Shown here: piece after piece, positions 10,059 through 19,259 of the stretch | Position numbering within the stretch: position 1 is the stretch's first letter | How the letters are laid out: the number at the start of each line of letters is the position of its first letter | IMG/VR virus record: IMGVR_UViG_3300032241_002567 | Location: 79,837-143,836 of that record | Reading direction: 5' to 3' (one strand) | DNA length: 64,000 nt | DNA from: a virus | Notes under the pieces: model-generated | Databases searched by the model: none | What the model was told of the DNA's origin: nothing | What the model saw: the letters and a program-made list of their open reading frames with translations, nothing else | Program-made: the position numbers and the translations under genes

Positions 10059-11102
10059 ATGAAACATAAACATCATATTATACCAAAACACATGGGAGGT
10101 TCGAATGAAAACGAAAATTTAATTGAATTGACGATTGAAGAACATGCTGAGGCGCATAAAATTTTATATGAAAAATATGGCAAATTAGAAGACTTTTTAG
10201 CTTGGCGAGGTCTATTAGGTCAGATAAGTAAAGAAGAAATAATTTCAGAAATTTCAAAACAGAATGGCAAAATTAATGGTAAATTTTGTTTTGAAAATAA
10301 ATTAGGTATATTTTCTTTAACAGACAAAGAGAAAAAACTAAAAAATTATAAAGGCGGAAAAATAAGTGGTCTAAAAAATGCCAAATCAGGGCATTGTGCT
10401 AAAATTGCCAATTTGGGTGGTAAAGCATCTTCTGGTATGAAATTTTGGTTTAATCCAAAAACTAATAAAGAAACCAGGTCTTTTGAATGTCCGGGAAAAG
10501 AATGGATACCTGGTATTAAAATGGAACGAATAAATATAGAAAATTTAAAAAAACACTCTAATAATGTTAAAGGAAAATTTTGGATTCACAATCCAGATAC
10601 AAATGAGTCTAAAATGATATCATCAATAGATGAAATGCCTGAAGAGTTTATTTATGGTAGAAAAATTGAAATTAAAAATACCATTGAATTAATAAATGTT
10701 GGTTTTAATTTTAAATCAGAATTACCAAAAATAAAGTCAGAATTTAAAGATATTAGATTTGATAATTCATACAAAAGATGGATATTTGAATTTGAATTAA
10801 ATAATAAAAAACATAAAATTACACACATAGATTATTATGGACTTTTATGGAGTAGAGATTGTATTATTAATTATTATAAATTAGATAAGATAAAATCAAA
10901 AAAAATAGAAGATTCATTATCTAAAGAAGAAATTTCAGAATTGCTTAAAGATTTTAAAGAATATTTAAAAATTAAAAATATTTTGGCAAAAAAACTAAAA
11001 AAATCAAAAAAAGATGCATATTTTAAAAAATTATTAGAATATGAAAAAAATTATGATATTGTATTAGAAAAAATTCAAATTTATGATAAAAAAGAGGATT
11101 AA
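10059..11102 (+). CDS. HNH homing endonuclease
   Basis: HHIIPKHMGGSNENENLIELTIEEHAEAH nuclease core; two KFW-x-NP NUMOD-like DNA-binding repeats. Confidence 0.85.
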   Translation: MKHKHHIIPKHMGGSNENENLIELTIEEHAEAHKILYEKYGKLEDFLAWRGLLGQISKEEIISEISKQNGKINGKFCFENKLGIFSLTDKEKKLKNYKGGKISGLKNAKSGHCAKIANLGGKASSGMKFWFNPKTNKETRSFECPGKEWIPGIKMERINIENLKKHSNNVKGKFWIHNPDTNESKMISSIDEMPEEFIYGRKIEIKNTIELINVGFNFKSELPKIKSEFKDIRFDNSYKRWIFEFELNNKKHKITHIDYYGLLWSRDCIINYYKLDKIKSKKIEDSLSKEEISELLKDFKEYLKIKNILAKKLKKSKKDAYFKKLLEYEKNYDIVLEKIQIYDKKED

Positions 11103-11122
11103 ATTAATCCTCTTTTTTATCA
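11084..11122. terminator. 19-bp perfect palindrome spanning two convergent stop codons
   Basis: tgataaaaaagaggattaa-a-ttaatcctcttttttatca; both proteins end DKKED*. Confidence 0.85.
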
Positions 11123-11373
11123 AACATTCTTTGATAAGCTTTGGTTGCTGCGGATTTTTTAGTTTTTACTCTTTTGCCTTTACCACCTTTTCCAGAAGTA
11201 TAATCAGCATCCCAGTCTTTTTTATATTCTTTTTTACCACGAAATCTATCAATTTCTTTTTTCATAGCACCAGGATTTTTTGTCAAATATTTACCTGGTA
11301 TTTTATGACCTTTATAATATTCAGATTTCTTTTTTTCAAGTAAAAATTCTTCAAAAGTAAAAATATTTTCCAT
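11104..11373 (-). CDS. Small basic protein with leader MENIFTFEEFLLE
   Basis: Late motif at 11378; lysine-rich; leader ends in LLE, a candidate protease site. Confidence 0.7.
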   Translation of the reverse strand: MENIFTFEEFLLEKKKSEYYKGHKIPGKYLTKNPGAMKKEIDRFRGKKEYKKDWDADYTSGKGGKGKRVKTKKSAATKAYQRMFDKKED

Positions 11374-11383
11374 TAACTATATA

Positions 11384-11995
11384 TTATGGTTTATTTTTCA
11401 AATATTTTGATATTGCATCATTAAGATTTCTAGAATCCATTACTATATTATCTTTTGTTTCTTCGTCTTCAAATTCTTCTTCAACCATTTGATTTTGAAC
11501 TTCATTTAATCCAAAATCTTTTCTCATTTCTTTCCAGAATTTTTCTAAATCTGTTTTAACTGATGTATTAAATTTAATATTATCTCTCATCTGTGCCATA
11601 GTTTGATTTACAACTTCATGCATCCTTGCATTATTTTCACCATTATCAACTTGTCTTAATTGTGATATTAATGTTTTTCTTGTCATCTTAATTAAGAATA
11701 AAGTTTCGGCATAGTTTTGAGCGTCTTCTTCTATTTTATTTTTGATATACTGGTGTTCTTTCATCTTGGGCGCATCACCTAAATAAAGATCTAATAAGGA
11801 ATTTAATACATTATCTGCACGATTTTTTGACTCTGATAAATCATTTTCGTAATTATAAATTTCAATCTCACCTAATTCTGGCAAATCATCTAATTTAGCG
11901 AGATACATATTAACATCTAAATCTTTATTTTCTTCTTGAATTTTGTTAAATTCTTCTTGAAGATTATTTATTTTTTCATTTTTCTTATCCGCCAT
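11384..11995 (-). CDS. terS: Putative terminase small subunit
   Basis: Helical; ARMHEVVNQ resembles the PRxYEV motif of T4-like gp16; divergent from terL. Confidence 0.55.
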   Translation of the reverse strand: MADKKNEKINNLQEEFNKIQEENKDLDVNMYLAKLDDLPELGEIEIYNYENDLSESKNRADNVLNSLLDLYLGDAPKMKEHQYIKNKIEEDAQNYAETLFLIKMTRKTLISQLRQVDNGENNARMHEVVNQTMAQMRDNIKFNTSVKTDLEKFWKEMRKDFGLNEVQNQMVEEEFEDEETKDNIVMDSRNLNDAISKYLKNKP

Positions 11996-12040
11996 AGGAA
12001 TTCAATTTTTTATTATATATATTAAAAAATTACATTTCTT

Positions 12041-15000
12041 ATGACAATAGCCAAAAAGCAACAACAACAAGAAGAAAACAAGAAATTTATATTTACAACC
12101 AAAAATGTATCAGAAATTTCTGAACAAATGAGCGATGGTGTTATTATTAAAAGATACATGAATCCATGGTTTAAAGGTGAAGTTGGAGTTCGAAGATCTG
12201 GTATATCTTTTGGTATAACTCAAGATGAAGTGCAAGAATATATTAGATGTATGGATGACGTACAATATTTTGCAGAAAAATATTGTCAAATCAAAAGAGA
12301 AGATGGTTCTATTGGACCAATTAAATTAAGAGATTATCAAAAAGGTATATTAGATCTTTATAAAAATCCAAGAGTTATATTATGCGCCAGTCGTCAAAGT
12401 GGTAAGGCATTACGTGACAATTCCTATGTGTGGACCATTTATGGTAAGAAATTTATTTCTGATTTAAAAGTGGGAGAAAAAATATTTGGGGATGATGGTA
12501 AATTAACTACAGTCACCGGAGTATTTCCACAGGGCAAAAAACAGCTTTATAAAATAACATTCTCGGATAATACATCAGTTGAATGTTGTGGTGAACATCT
12601 TTGGGGATTATATAACCATGAAAGAATTTATAAAGTTATGCAATTAAATGATTTTAAAGATAACTATTTAACTAAAAGAGGGGATAGTAAATTTTACACA
12701 AAAGTAGCACCTTGTGTTGAATATGAAACGAAAGAGTTGAAAATAGATCCTTATTTTTTAGGGTTATTAATTGGTGATGGTGGTATTTCAAATAAAGGAA
12801 ATTATATAACATCAATAGATGAATCAATTATAAATTATTGTAGAGAAGAGGTAAAAAATTATAATTGTGAATTAGTTTTATCAGATAGATGTACATATAG
12901 AATAACCACTTTAACTAAAGGTAAAAACAATATATTAACTGGGTTATTAGATGAATTTAATTTAAAAGTTAAATCATACGAAAAACATATTCCAAATATT
13001 TATTTAACTTCGGATAAATCACAAAGAATTCAATTATTACAAGGTTTAATGGATACTGATGGTTGCGTTGATTCAAAAAAAGGTGGTGTTGAATTTTGCA
13101 CCACTTCCAAACAATTATCTATTGATTTTGTTGAATTATGCAATTCTCTTGGTATAAAAACATCAGCAACTACAAGACAAACTTCATTTACCTATAAAGG
13201 TGAAAAAAAATTAGGTAGATTGTCATATCTTATAAAAATGTATGTTAATAACACCGATTTTAATATCTTTAAATTAGAGAGAAAAAATGTCAATGTTAGA
13301 AAAGATAAAAAATTTAATTTGGCAACATATAGAGGTATTGAAAAAATTGAAAAAATTGAAATTGATAATTGTACATGCATTTCAGTGGACAATAAAAGTA
13401 AATTATTTTTAACAAATAATTTTATACCAACACATAATACAATCAATGCGGCAATCTCAATTTTGCATTTTATTACTTTTAATAATGATAAAAATGTCAT
13501 GATTGTGGCAAATCTTCGTGATACTACTATCGAAATTGTAGATAAGATAAAATCTATTTATGTTAATTTACCTTTCTTTTTAAAAGTAGGTATTAAAAAC
13601 TGGAATCAAAAATCTATGGTTTGCGAAAATGGATGTAAAATTAGAACAGCTGCGAGAAGTAAAGCTCCTGCGATTGGTTTTACAATTGACTTCCTTTATT
13701 TGGACGAATTTGCGCATATTCCATCGAATATTATTGAGCCTTATTATACAGCAGTTTATCCTATCGTATCAGCGGTTAATAATTCTAAGATAGTTATAAC
13801 ATCAACCCCAAAGGGTATGAATTTATTTTATAAATTATTAATAGATTCAGAAAGAGATGAATTAGATCCTTTAAAAACTAATTTTAAATCAAAAAGAATA
13901 TATTGGTATGAAGTAGAAGGAAGATTTGTCACATATTTTCGTTTATTTGATAATAAATTATTTGAATATGGTTTAACAAAAGAAGATGTTTTTGAACAGG
14001 TTAAAGCAGCATTTCCACAAACTAAAGTTGAAATGAAATGGATAGCTGATTTAGAAAAACATGTAATTCATATTTATAATAAACATGAAGGTATCATTAC
14101 ACCGTCAGAAGATGTCAAAAAATTCATGGTTGAAAAAGACGATAAACAAATATTTATTCAACAACTTGCATATGTAACTACTTGGCAAGAAGAAACAATA
14201 AAAGAAATTGGTGGCGAAGATGCCTTTAACCAAGAATATGGATTGAGATTTGTTGATGGCTCGCGTTCGTTGTTGAGCGAGGCATTAATCGATGATTTAT
14301 TAAAAAATAAAAAACCTTATATACATTATCCTTCTTATGAATTTGATAGAAAATTGAAGTTTAATTATGAAGATTTAAAGTTTGTTGATGATACTTCAAT
14401 ATTTTCTCCACTTGATAGGAAAAAAATGAAAATTATTTTATCAGTAGATATATCAGAAGGATTAGGACAAGATTATTCAGTAATTAATATGTTTAGAATT
14501 ACACCAAAACCAATCGAAACAATTGAAAATTATAAAAGGGAATATAAATATTTATCTGACTTTTTTCATTTACAACAATTTGGTATATATAGATCAAACC
14601 TTGTATCTGTAAGACAATTGGCGGAATTGTTTTATGTATTATCTTTTGAGTATTTTGATCCAGAAAATGTTAAAGCAGTAGTAGAATATAATACTTATGG
14701 AGGACAATTTTTAGCGGAAATGCCACATCTATTTGATGGTAATAATAATTACGGTTCTGGAATATTTTTCCGTTATAAACATAGAATAGACTCAGAAGAA
14801 GAAAAAATAGGTTTAAGAATTACTAGTAATAAAGAATTTTTAGTTAAGGATTATCAGGAACATATGAATAAAAGAAATTTTGAAATTAATAATGCAACAA
14901 ATATAAATGAAATAACCACATTTATAAAACATGTATTGCCTTCTGGAAATATAAGATATGCGGCTGATACTGGTAATGATGATACAGTAATGACTATTGT

Positions 15001-15235
15001 AAATGCATCAAGTGTTTTTTCAAAATTTATATTTAGAGAAATGGTAGAATCCGCAGCAGTCGAATTAGTTGATGCTAATACAATTAAATATTTTAATGAT
15101 ATTTTAAAAAATCAAGAGTATCCTGATTATGATAAGGCGGATTATTCTGCTCTAAATAATATAACTAGACAAAGAAAATTTGTAAATCAATACGGTAATA
15201 AAAATACTTATGGTGGACAAAATAATTGGTTTTAA
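12041..15235 (+). CDS. terL: Terminase large subunit (T4 gp17-like) containing an intein
   Basis: YFAEKY, LRDYQ, Walker A SRQSGK/T, Walker B LYLDEFAH, ITSTPKG, FNQEY; nuclease SVDISEGLGQDYS, VVEYN and GNDDTVM. Confidence 0.95.
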   Translation: MTIAKKQQQQEENKKFIFTTKNVSEISEQMSDGVIIKRYMNPWFKGEVGVRRSGISFGITQDEVQEYIRCMDDVQYFAEKYCQIKREDGSIGPIKLRDYQKGILDLYKNPRVILCASRQSGKALRDNSYVWTIYGKKFISDLKVGEKIFGDDGKLTTVTGVFPQGKKQLYKITFSDNTSVECCGEHLWGLYNHERIYKVMQLNDFKDNYLTKRGDSKFYTKVAPCVEYETKELKIDPYFLGLLIGDGGISNKGNYITSIDESIINYCREEVKNYNCELVLSDRCTYRITTLTKGKNNILTGLLDEFNLKVKSYEKHIPNIYLTSDKSQRIQLLQGLMDTDGCVDSKKGGVEFCTTSKQLSIDFVELCNSLGIKTSATTRQTSFTYKGEKKLGRLSYLIKMYVNNTDFNIFKLERKNVNVRKDKKFNLATYRGIEKIEKIEIDNCTCISVDNKSKLFLTNNFIPTHNTINAAISILHFITFNNDKNVMIVANLRDTTIEIVDKIKSIYVNLPFFLKVGIKNWNQKSMVCENGCKIRTAARSKAPAIGFTIDFLYLDEFAHIPSNIIEPYYTAVYPIVSAVNNSKIVITSTPKGMNLFYKLLIDSERDELDPLKTNFKSKRIYWYEVEGRFVTYFRLFDNKLFEYGLTKEDVFEQVKAAFPQTKVEMKWIADLEKHVIHIYNKHEGIITPSEDVKKFMVEKDDKQIFIQQLAYVTTWQEETIKEIGGEDAFNQEYGLRFVDGSRSLLSEALIDDLLKNKKPYIHYPSYEFDRKLKFNYEDLKFVDDTSIFSPLDRKKMKIILSVDISEGLGQDYSVINMFRITPKPIETIENYKREYKYLSDFFHLQQFGIYRSNLVSVRQLAELFYVLSFEYFDPENVKAVVEYNTYGGQFLAEMPHLFDGNNNYGSGIFFRYKHRIDSEEEKIGLRITSNKEFLVKDYQEHMNKRNFEINNATNINEITTFIKHVLPSGNIRYAADTGNDDTVMTIVNASSVFSKFIFREMVESAAVELVDANTIKYFNDILKNQEYPDYDKADYSALNNITRQRKFVNQYGNKNTYGGQNNWF
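12407..13438 (+). mobile_element. 344-aa intein with LAGLIDADG endonuclease, Ala1 class-3 type
   Basis: Inserted in Walker A (GK|ALRD...PTHN|T); block B EHLW, block F CTCISVD, block G THN; motifs LGLLIGDG and LQGLMDTDG. Confidence 0.92.
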
Positions 15236-15514
15236 TTATAATTCTTCTAAAGTCGTAGTTAAACCACAAGCGGATAATTTTTCATTTATTACATACATTT
15301 TATCTTTTGAGCCTCTTTTAACATCACATTTACCTTTAAAGTGTATTAAAAAAGTGCATTGTTCCGCTTGCTGTAATTCATGTCCAGCGTATTTCATAAG
15401 ACAATCTATTACATAGTCAAAACTATGCACGTCATCATTCCAAACAATGACGGCGTAAACACCACCTATTATTTCATCTAATTCTGAGGTTTCTAATTCT
15501 TTAGTTTGAGGCAT
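15236..15514 (-). CDS. clpS: ATP-dependent Clp protease adaptor ClpS
   Basis: VIVWNDDVHSFDYVIDCL...QAEQCTFLIHFKGKC ClpS signature. Confidence 0.9.
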   Translation of the reverse strand: MPQTKELETSELDEIIGGVYAVIVWNDDVHSFDYVIDCLMKYAGHELQQAEQCTFLIHFKGKCDVKRGSKDKMYVINEKLSACGLTTTLEEL

Positions 15515-15926
15515 TTTCTAATTTTTTAATTTCTTCGTTTAATAAATTAGCAAGTTCGTAATTTTCTTTATTAATAGCATTTTGCATTTCTTTTTCTAAA
15601 TCTTTTTTGGATTTATTTTTATTTTTGATTTTATGTTCATTTTTTATATTTAATAAAATAAAATCACGAAATATTTCAGATTCGTAAGATTTTACAAAAC
15701 TAATTTGATTACCTTCAACATTTTGATAAAACCATATTTTTTTAGATATAGGGTCATTATTAAAAATTGTAATGGTTATTACTTGATCTTTATATTTTTC
15801 TCCTCCTATACTAGTATAGAATCCATTAGGTGTATAAATATTAATTTTATCACCACTATAAAGTTTTTTCAAATTTTTAGTCTTTCTTATTTCTTTCAAA
15901 GAAAAAATTTTTTTTAAAAATTTCAT
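15501..15926 (-). CDS. Protein with C-terminal UVR (UvrB/C) coiled-coil motif
   Basis: LEKEMQNAINKENYELANLLNEEIKKL. Confidence 0.7.
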   Translation of the reverse strand: MKFLKKIFSLKEIRKTKNLKKLYSGDKINIYTPNGFYTSIGGEKYKDQVITITIFNNDPISKKIWFYQNVEGNQISFVKSYESEIFRDFILLNIKNEHKIKNKNKSKKDLEKEMQNAINKENYELANLLNEEIKKLENASN

Positions 15927-15927
15927 A

Positions 15928-16455
15928 TTAGTAAATTTGAATTTTATTAATTACATCAATAATTGAAATCTTTGTATTTATATTTTTTTCAACTAAGGAT
16001 GCCCATTCTGTAAATTTAACCAAATGTTCTTGTCTATCATCGTAAATGATTAAATCTGTGGCATTTAAATTTTTACGAATAATTTGTTCAAATAATCTAG
16101 TTTTGAACTTGAATGTTTCACCACCCCAGTTACAAAAAACATCATGGAATCTTAAATCATGAAAATCCAAAATTGCTTGCACTTCTTTTTTCAATTTATC
16201 CATACGTCCAGTGGCGATAAATACATAGTTTTCTTCATCAGAAATTGCTTCTAAATATTTATTGTATGTCCATATATTAATGGCAGGGTAAAAAATGCTA
16301 GTATCAAGTGATTCTTTTTTAGACCACCATCCAGTTGGATGTGGAAAGATTTCACCTTTTTCTTTTAGCCATATCTTTCTGCCTTCTTCTGGCTCCATTG
16401 TATGAATTAATGTTTTATCAAAATCAAAACATATTAATTTTTTATATACTGACAT
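15928..16455 (-). CDS. HAD-family phosphatase (Swiss-Army-Knife RNA-repair type)
   Basis: FDFDKTL motif I, ATGR motif II, FK, YDDR motif IV; TAATTTTG at 16472-16479 (-). Confidence 0.8.
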   Translation of the reverse strand: MSVYKKLICFDFDKTLIHTMEPEEGRKIWLKEKGEIFPHPTGWWSKKESLDTSIFYPAINIWTYNKYLEAISDEENYVFIATGRMDKLKKEVQAILDFHDLRFHDVFCNWGGETFKFKTRLFEQIIRKNLNATDLIIYDDRQEHLVKFTEWASLVEKNINTKISIIDVINKIQIY

Positions 16456-16548
16456 TTTAAGATTATTTTTACAAAATTACAAAAAAATAAGTAAATAAAA
16501 AAATATTTTTACAAAGAAATCATTTTAGAATATATAAAAATAAAAATT

Positions 16549-16968
16549 ATGGCAATAAAAATTAAATTAATATTAATTACAATATTACTTTGTTTAAGTG
16601 GTTATTTAATTATGAATTATATCTCCGCGGAGAAAAATAGGCAAAATTTTTTAATCGAAAATAAACAATTAAATAATAGAATTGATTCTTTTCAGAAGGA
16701 AAATTTTCAATTAGCAACAAAAATTAATGATTTACAAATTAGATATAATCTATTAGAAAAAAAATCTATTACAGATTCATTAATTGCAGATAGTTTATCT
16801 GGTGAATATAATAATCTTTCTATAATAGCTGAAAATTCAAATAAAAAAGCTAATTATTATATGCGTAAATTTATTAATATAGAAAATAAAATTAATTTGT
16901 TGGAAACCAATAAAGTCTACAAAAAAAATGATAGCCTTTTAATATCATTATCAAAAAAAATAAATTAA
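16549..16968 (+). CDS. Membrane-anchored coiled-coil protein (possible spanin-like lysis component)
   Basis: N-terminal hydrophobic helix followed by heptad repeats. Confidence 0.5.
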   Translation: MAIKIKLILITILLCLSGYLIMNYISAEKNRQNFLIENKQLNNRIDSFQKENFQLATKINDLQIRYNLLEKKSITDSLIADSLSGEYNNLSIIAENSNKKANYYMRKFINIENKINLLETNKVYKKNDSLLISLSKKIN

Positions 16969-16970
16969 AT

Positions 16971-17501
16971 ATGAAAAAAATAATAATAACACTATTACTA
17001 TCCATTTTATCTTTGGTAGCGTTTTCGCAAAACTTGTCCACATATTCAATAGATTCTAGTTCGTTAATACCTAAATATTTATTGTCCGGTAAAGATACAG
17101 TAGGTATTGTTATAACTATGAAACAGGCTCAAAAAATCGATATTGATTATGACCTTCTATATTTATATAGAAGTATAAATACTGATTGTGATTCAACTAT
17201 AGCCACTTTAAATCAGAGTATTATAGATTATAGAAATCTAGATAGCATTTCAAATCTTAGATTTAAAGATTATGATACTTTGATAAATATTAAGGATCAA
17301 CAAATATCAGATTTAACAAATCAAATTAATCTTAAAAATTCACAATTGATAATTAAGGATAGTATTATTTCTGAAAAAGATAATTTAATTAATTTAAATA
17401 AAAATGAGGTTAATAAATTTAAAAAACAAAGGAATAGGGCAATTGGTATTTTATGCGGAATAAGTGCCATACTTTTATCTATTTTAGCAGGACACATTTG
17501 A
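16971..17501 (+). CDS. Exported coiled-coil protein with C-terminal hydrophobic segment
   Basis: Signal peptide ending VAFS; coiled coil; C-terminal AIGILCGISAILLSILAG. Confidence 0.55.
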   Translation: MKKIIITLLLSILSLVAFSQNLSTYSIDSSSLIPKYLLSGKDTVGIVITMKQAQKIDIDYDLLYLYRSINTDCDSTIATLNQSIIDYRNLDSISNLRFKDYDTLINIKDQQISDLTNQINLKNSQLIIKDSIISEKDNLINLNKNEVNKFKKQRNRAIGILCGISAILLSILAGHI

Positions 17502-17553
17502 TAAAATCCGCTTTTAATTTATAATATATAATATACAAAAATATATTCTTATA

Positions 17554-18069
17554 ATGAAACATATTAGAAAATTTGAAGGTTTTAGAAACAATAAACCAGA
17601 AGCTCAAGAAACAGTAAATGAAACTGTATTCCAGGTTGAAAATACTTATAGAGTAAATATAATTGCTGACGTAGAAGCAAAACTTTTATCCGCTTATGCA
17701 AAAAAAGTTAAGCAAAACATGAATAAAGAAATTACCGATTTAATGGGCAATGCTATGTTAGCAGAAGAACTTGTTAAATGGGTTTTAATAAACGGTTTAG
17801 ATGTGGAAAAAATACCAGCTTCAGCAATTATAGGCGGAGCACAGGGTCAAGGTCAGTCACAAGGTCAGTCACAAGGTCAGTCACAAGGTCAAGCACAAGT
17901 TCAGTCTCAATCACAAGATCAAGCACAAAGTCAACCCCAAGCTCAAGTTCAATCTCAACCTCAAGTTCAAGTTCAATCTCAACCTCAGGGTCAAGTGCAA
18001 ACACAGAGTCAATCACAAGATATGGAAGAAGTACAATCTCAAAAAGGTAACGAAGAATTACCAGTTTAA
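17554..18069 (+). CDS. Protein with leader MKHIRKFEGF and Gln-rich tail
   Basis: Shared leader, TVNE site, QSQG/QSQP repeats; late motif at 17522. Confidence 0.75.
   Translation: MKHIRKFEGFRNNKPEAQETVNETVFQVENTYRVNIIADVEAKLLSAYAKKVKQNMNKEITDLMGNAMLAEELVKWVLINGLDVEKIPASAIIGGAQGQGQSQGQSQGQSQGQAQVQSQSQDQAQSQPQAQVQSQPQVQVQSQPQGQVQTQSQSQDMEEVQSQKGNEELPV
17842..18018 (+). repeat. Coding tandem repeats (caaggtcagtca x3, then degenerate QSQP/QVQ units)
   Basis: Directly visible in sequence. Confidence 0.85.
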
Positions 18070-18142
18070 TATTTGAATTTTAAATAAAAAAGTCGCTTAA
18101 TTGAGCGACTTTTTTATTTAAAATTCAAATATTAAACTGGTA
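18059..18142. terminator. 39-bp perfect inverted repeat / bidirectional terminator
   Basis: taccagtttaatatttgaattttaaataaaaaagtcgct-taattg-reverse complement; both convergent proteins end PV*. Confidence 0.9.
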
Positions 18143-19259
18143 CATTTACTGGTACTAAAATAGTTTGTATAATTCTATCAATAATTTCATATGGATCACC
18201 ATTAGAAGCAGGACGTCTATCTTCTAAATAACCTGGTGTTATAACATCTTCAATTGAAGAAGGTATTCTAATAGACGCAGTTCTATCACCTATACCATAT
18301 CTATATTCATTAATAGAACAAGTTTCATTAGCACCAGTTAAACGATGTTCATTATTTATGCCATAAACTGCGATATGTTCGGTGATTTTAGTTCCTAATT
18401 TTTCACAAGCTTCTATAACTAACGACTTTTTATTTTTTAAATCGGTTCTCATAGTTTTAGTTGAGAAATTGACATGCATACCTGAACCATTCCAATCATT
18501 TCCTTTAATAGGCTTTGGATCTAACACTATATAATAGTTATACTTTTCAGATAATCTTTCTAATATATATCTCGAAACCCATAACTGGTCAGCACCTTCT
18601 TTAGCTGGCACTGGTCCAATTTGGTATTCCCATTGACCCAAAGCTACTTCAGCATTTATACCAGAAATTTTTAATTCAGCATATTCACATAATTCAGCAT
18701 GTTCTTCAACAAATGCTCTACCTGCAACATTTCTGCCACCAACTGCACAATAATATGGTCCTTGTGGTCTTGCTGGTGTGGTAATTTTTTCACTGTATGG
18801 ATTGTTTACTGGCCATCCTAATGGTTTATTTGTATTACAATCATAAATAAAATATTCCTGTTCCAATCCATACATAGTTTCATCATCATATTTATCTAAT
18901 GTTTCAACCATTTTTGCTCTTTTATTTGTTGAGTGAGGTGTCATGTCGGTATTATATACTTCCGACATAACGATGAAGCCATTTTCTTTAAATGGATTTT
19001 TGAATATATTAACTGGTTTAAGTAATAATTCTGATTTAGAAGTTTCTGCTTGATCTGTTGAAGAGCCATCAAAGTTCCATAAAGGAAGTGTTTCTGGATT
19101 TTTTTTCCAATCTTGAAATAATGATTTTAATGAAATTGCATCTATTTTTAGTGTATTAATATCCAATTTTTTTTCGATAATTTTTGTTTTTGAACGGATT
19201 TGTTGTGGATATGAACCATCAAGCCAAATATATTCTAAATAAATGTTTTTGTTTACCAT
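18132..19259 (-). CDS. glnA: Glutamine synthetase (type II-like)
   Basis: EYIWLDG, WNFDGSST, GLEQEY, PQGPYYC, GINAEV-GQWEYQIGP, DWNGSGMH, RLTG-ET, IRIP, GYLEDRRPASN-DPY. Confidence 0.93.
   Translation of the reverse strand: MVNKNIYLEYIWLDGSYPQQIRSKTKIIEKKLDINTLKIDAISLKSLFQDWKKNPETLPLWNFDGSSTDQAETSKSELLLKPVNIFKNPFKENGFIVMSEVYNTDMTPHSTNKRAKMVETLDKYDDETMYGLEQEYFIYDCNTNKPLGWPVNNPYSEKITTPARPQGPYYCAVGGRNVAGRAFVEEHAELCEYAELKISGINAEVALGQWEYQIGPVPAKEGADQLWVSRYILERLSEKYNYYIVLDPKPIKGNDWNGSGMHVNFSTKTMRTDLKNKKSLVIEACEKLGTKITEHIAVYGINNEHRLTGANETCSINEYRYGIGDRTASIRIPSSIEDVITPGYLEDRRPASNGDPYEIIDRIIQTILVPVNVPV

Noticed and set aside
9985-11103. Group I intron carrying the HNH gene
   Set aside because: HNH is antisense to the flanking ORFs, there is no room for a ribozyme core, and both flanks have their own start, stop and promoter motif.
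18132-19259. Gamma-glutamyl-putrescine ligase linked to the agmatinase cassette
   Set aside because: Motifs are GSII-type (WNFDGSST, PQGPYYC) rather than PuuA-like, and the gene is 12 kb away.
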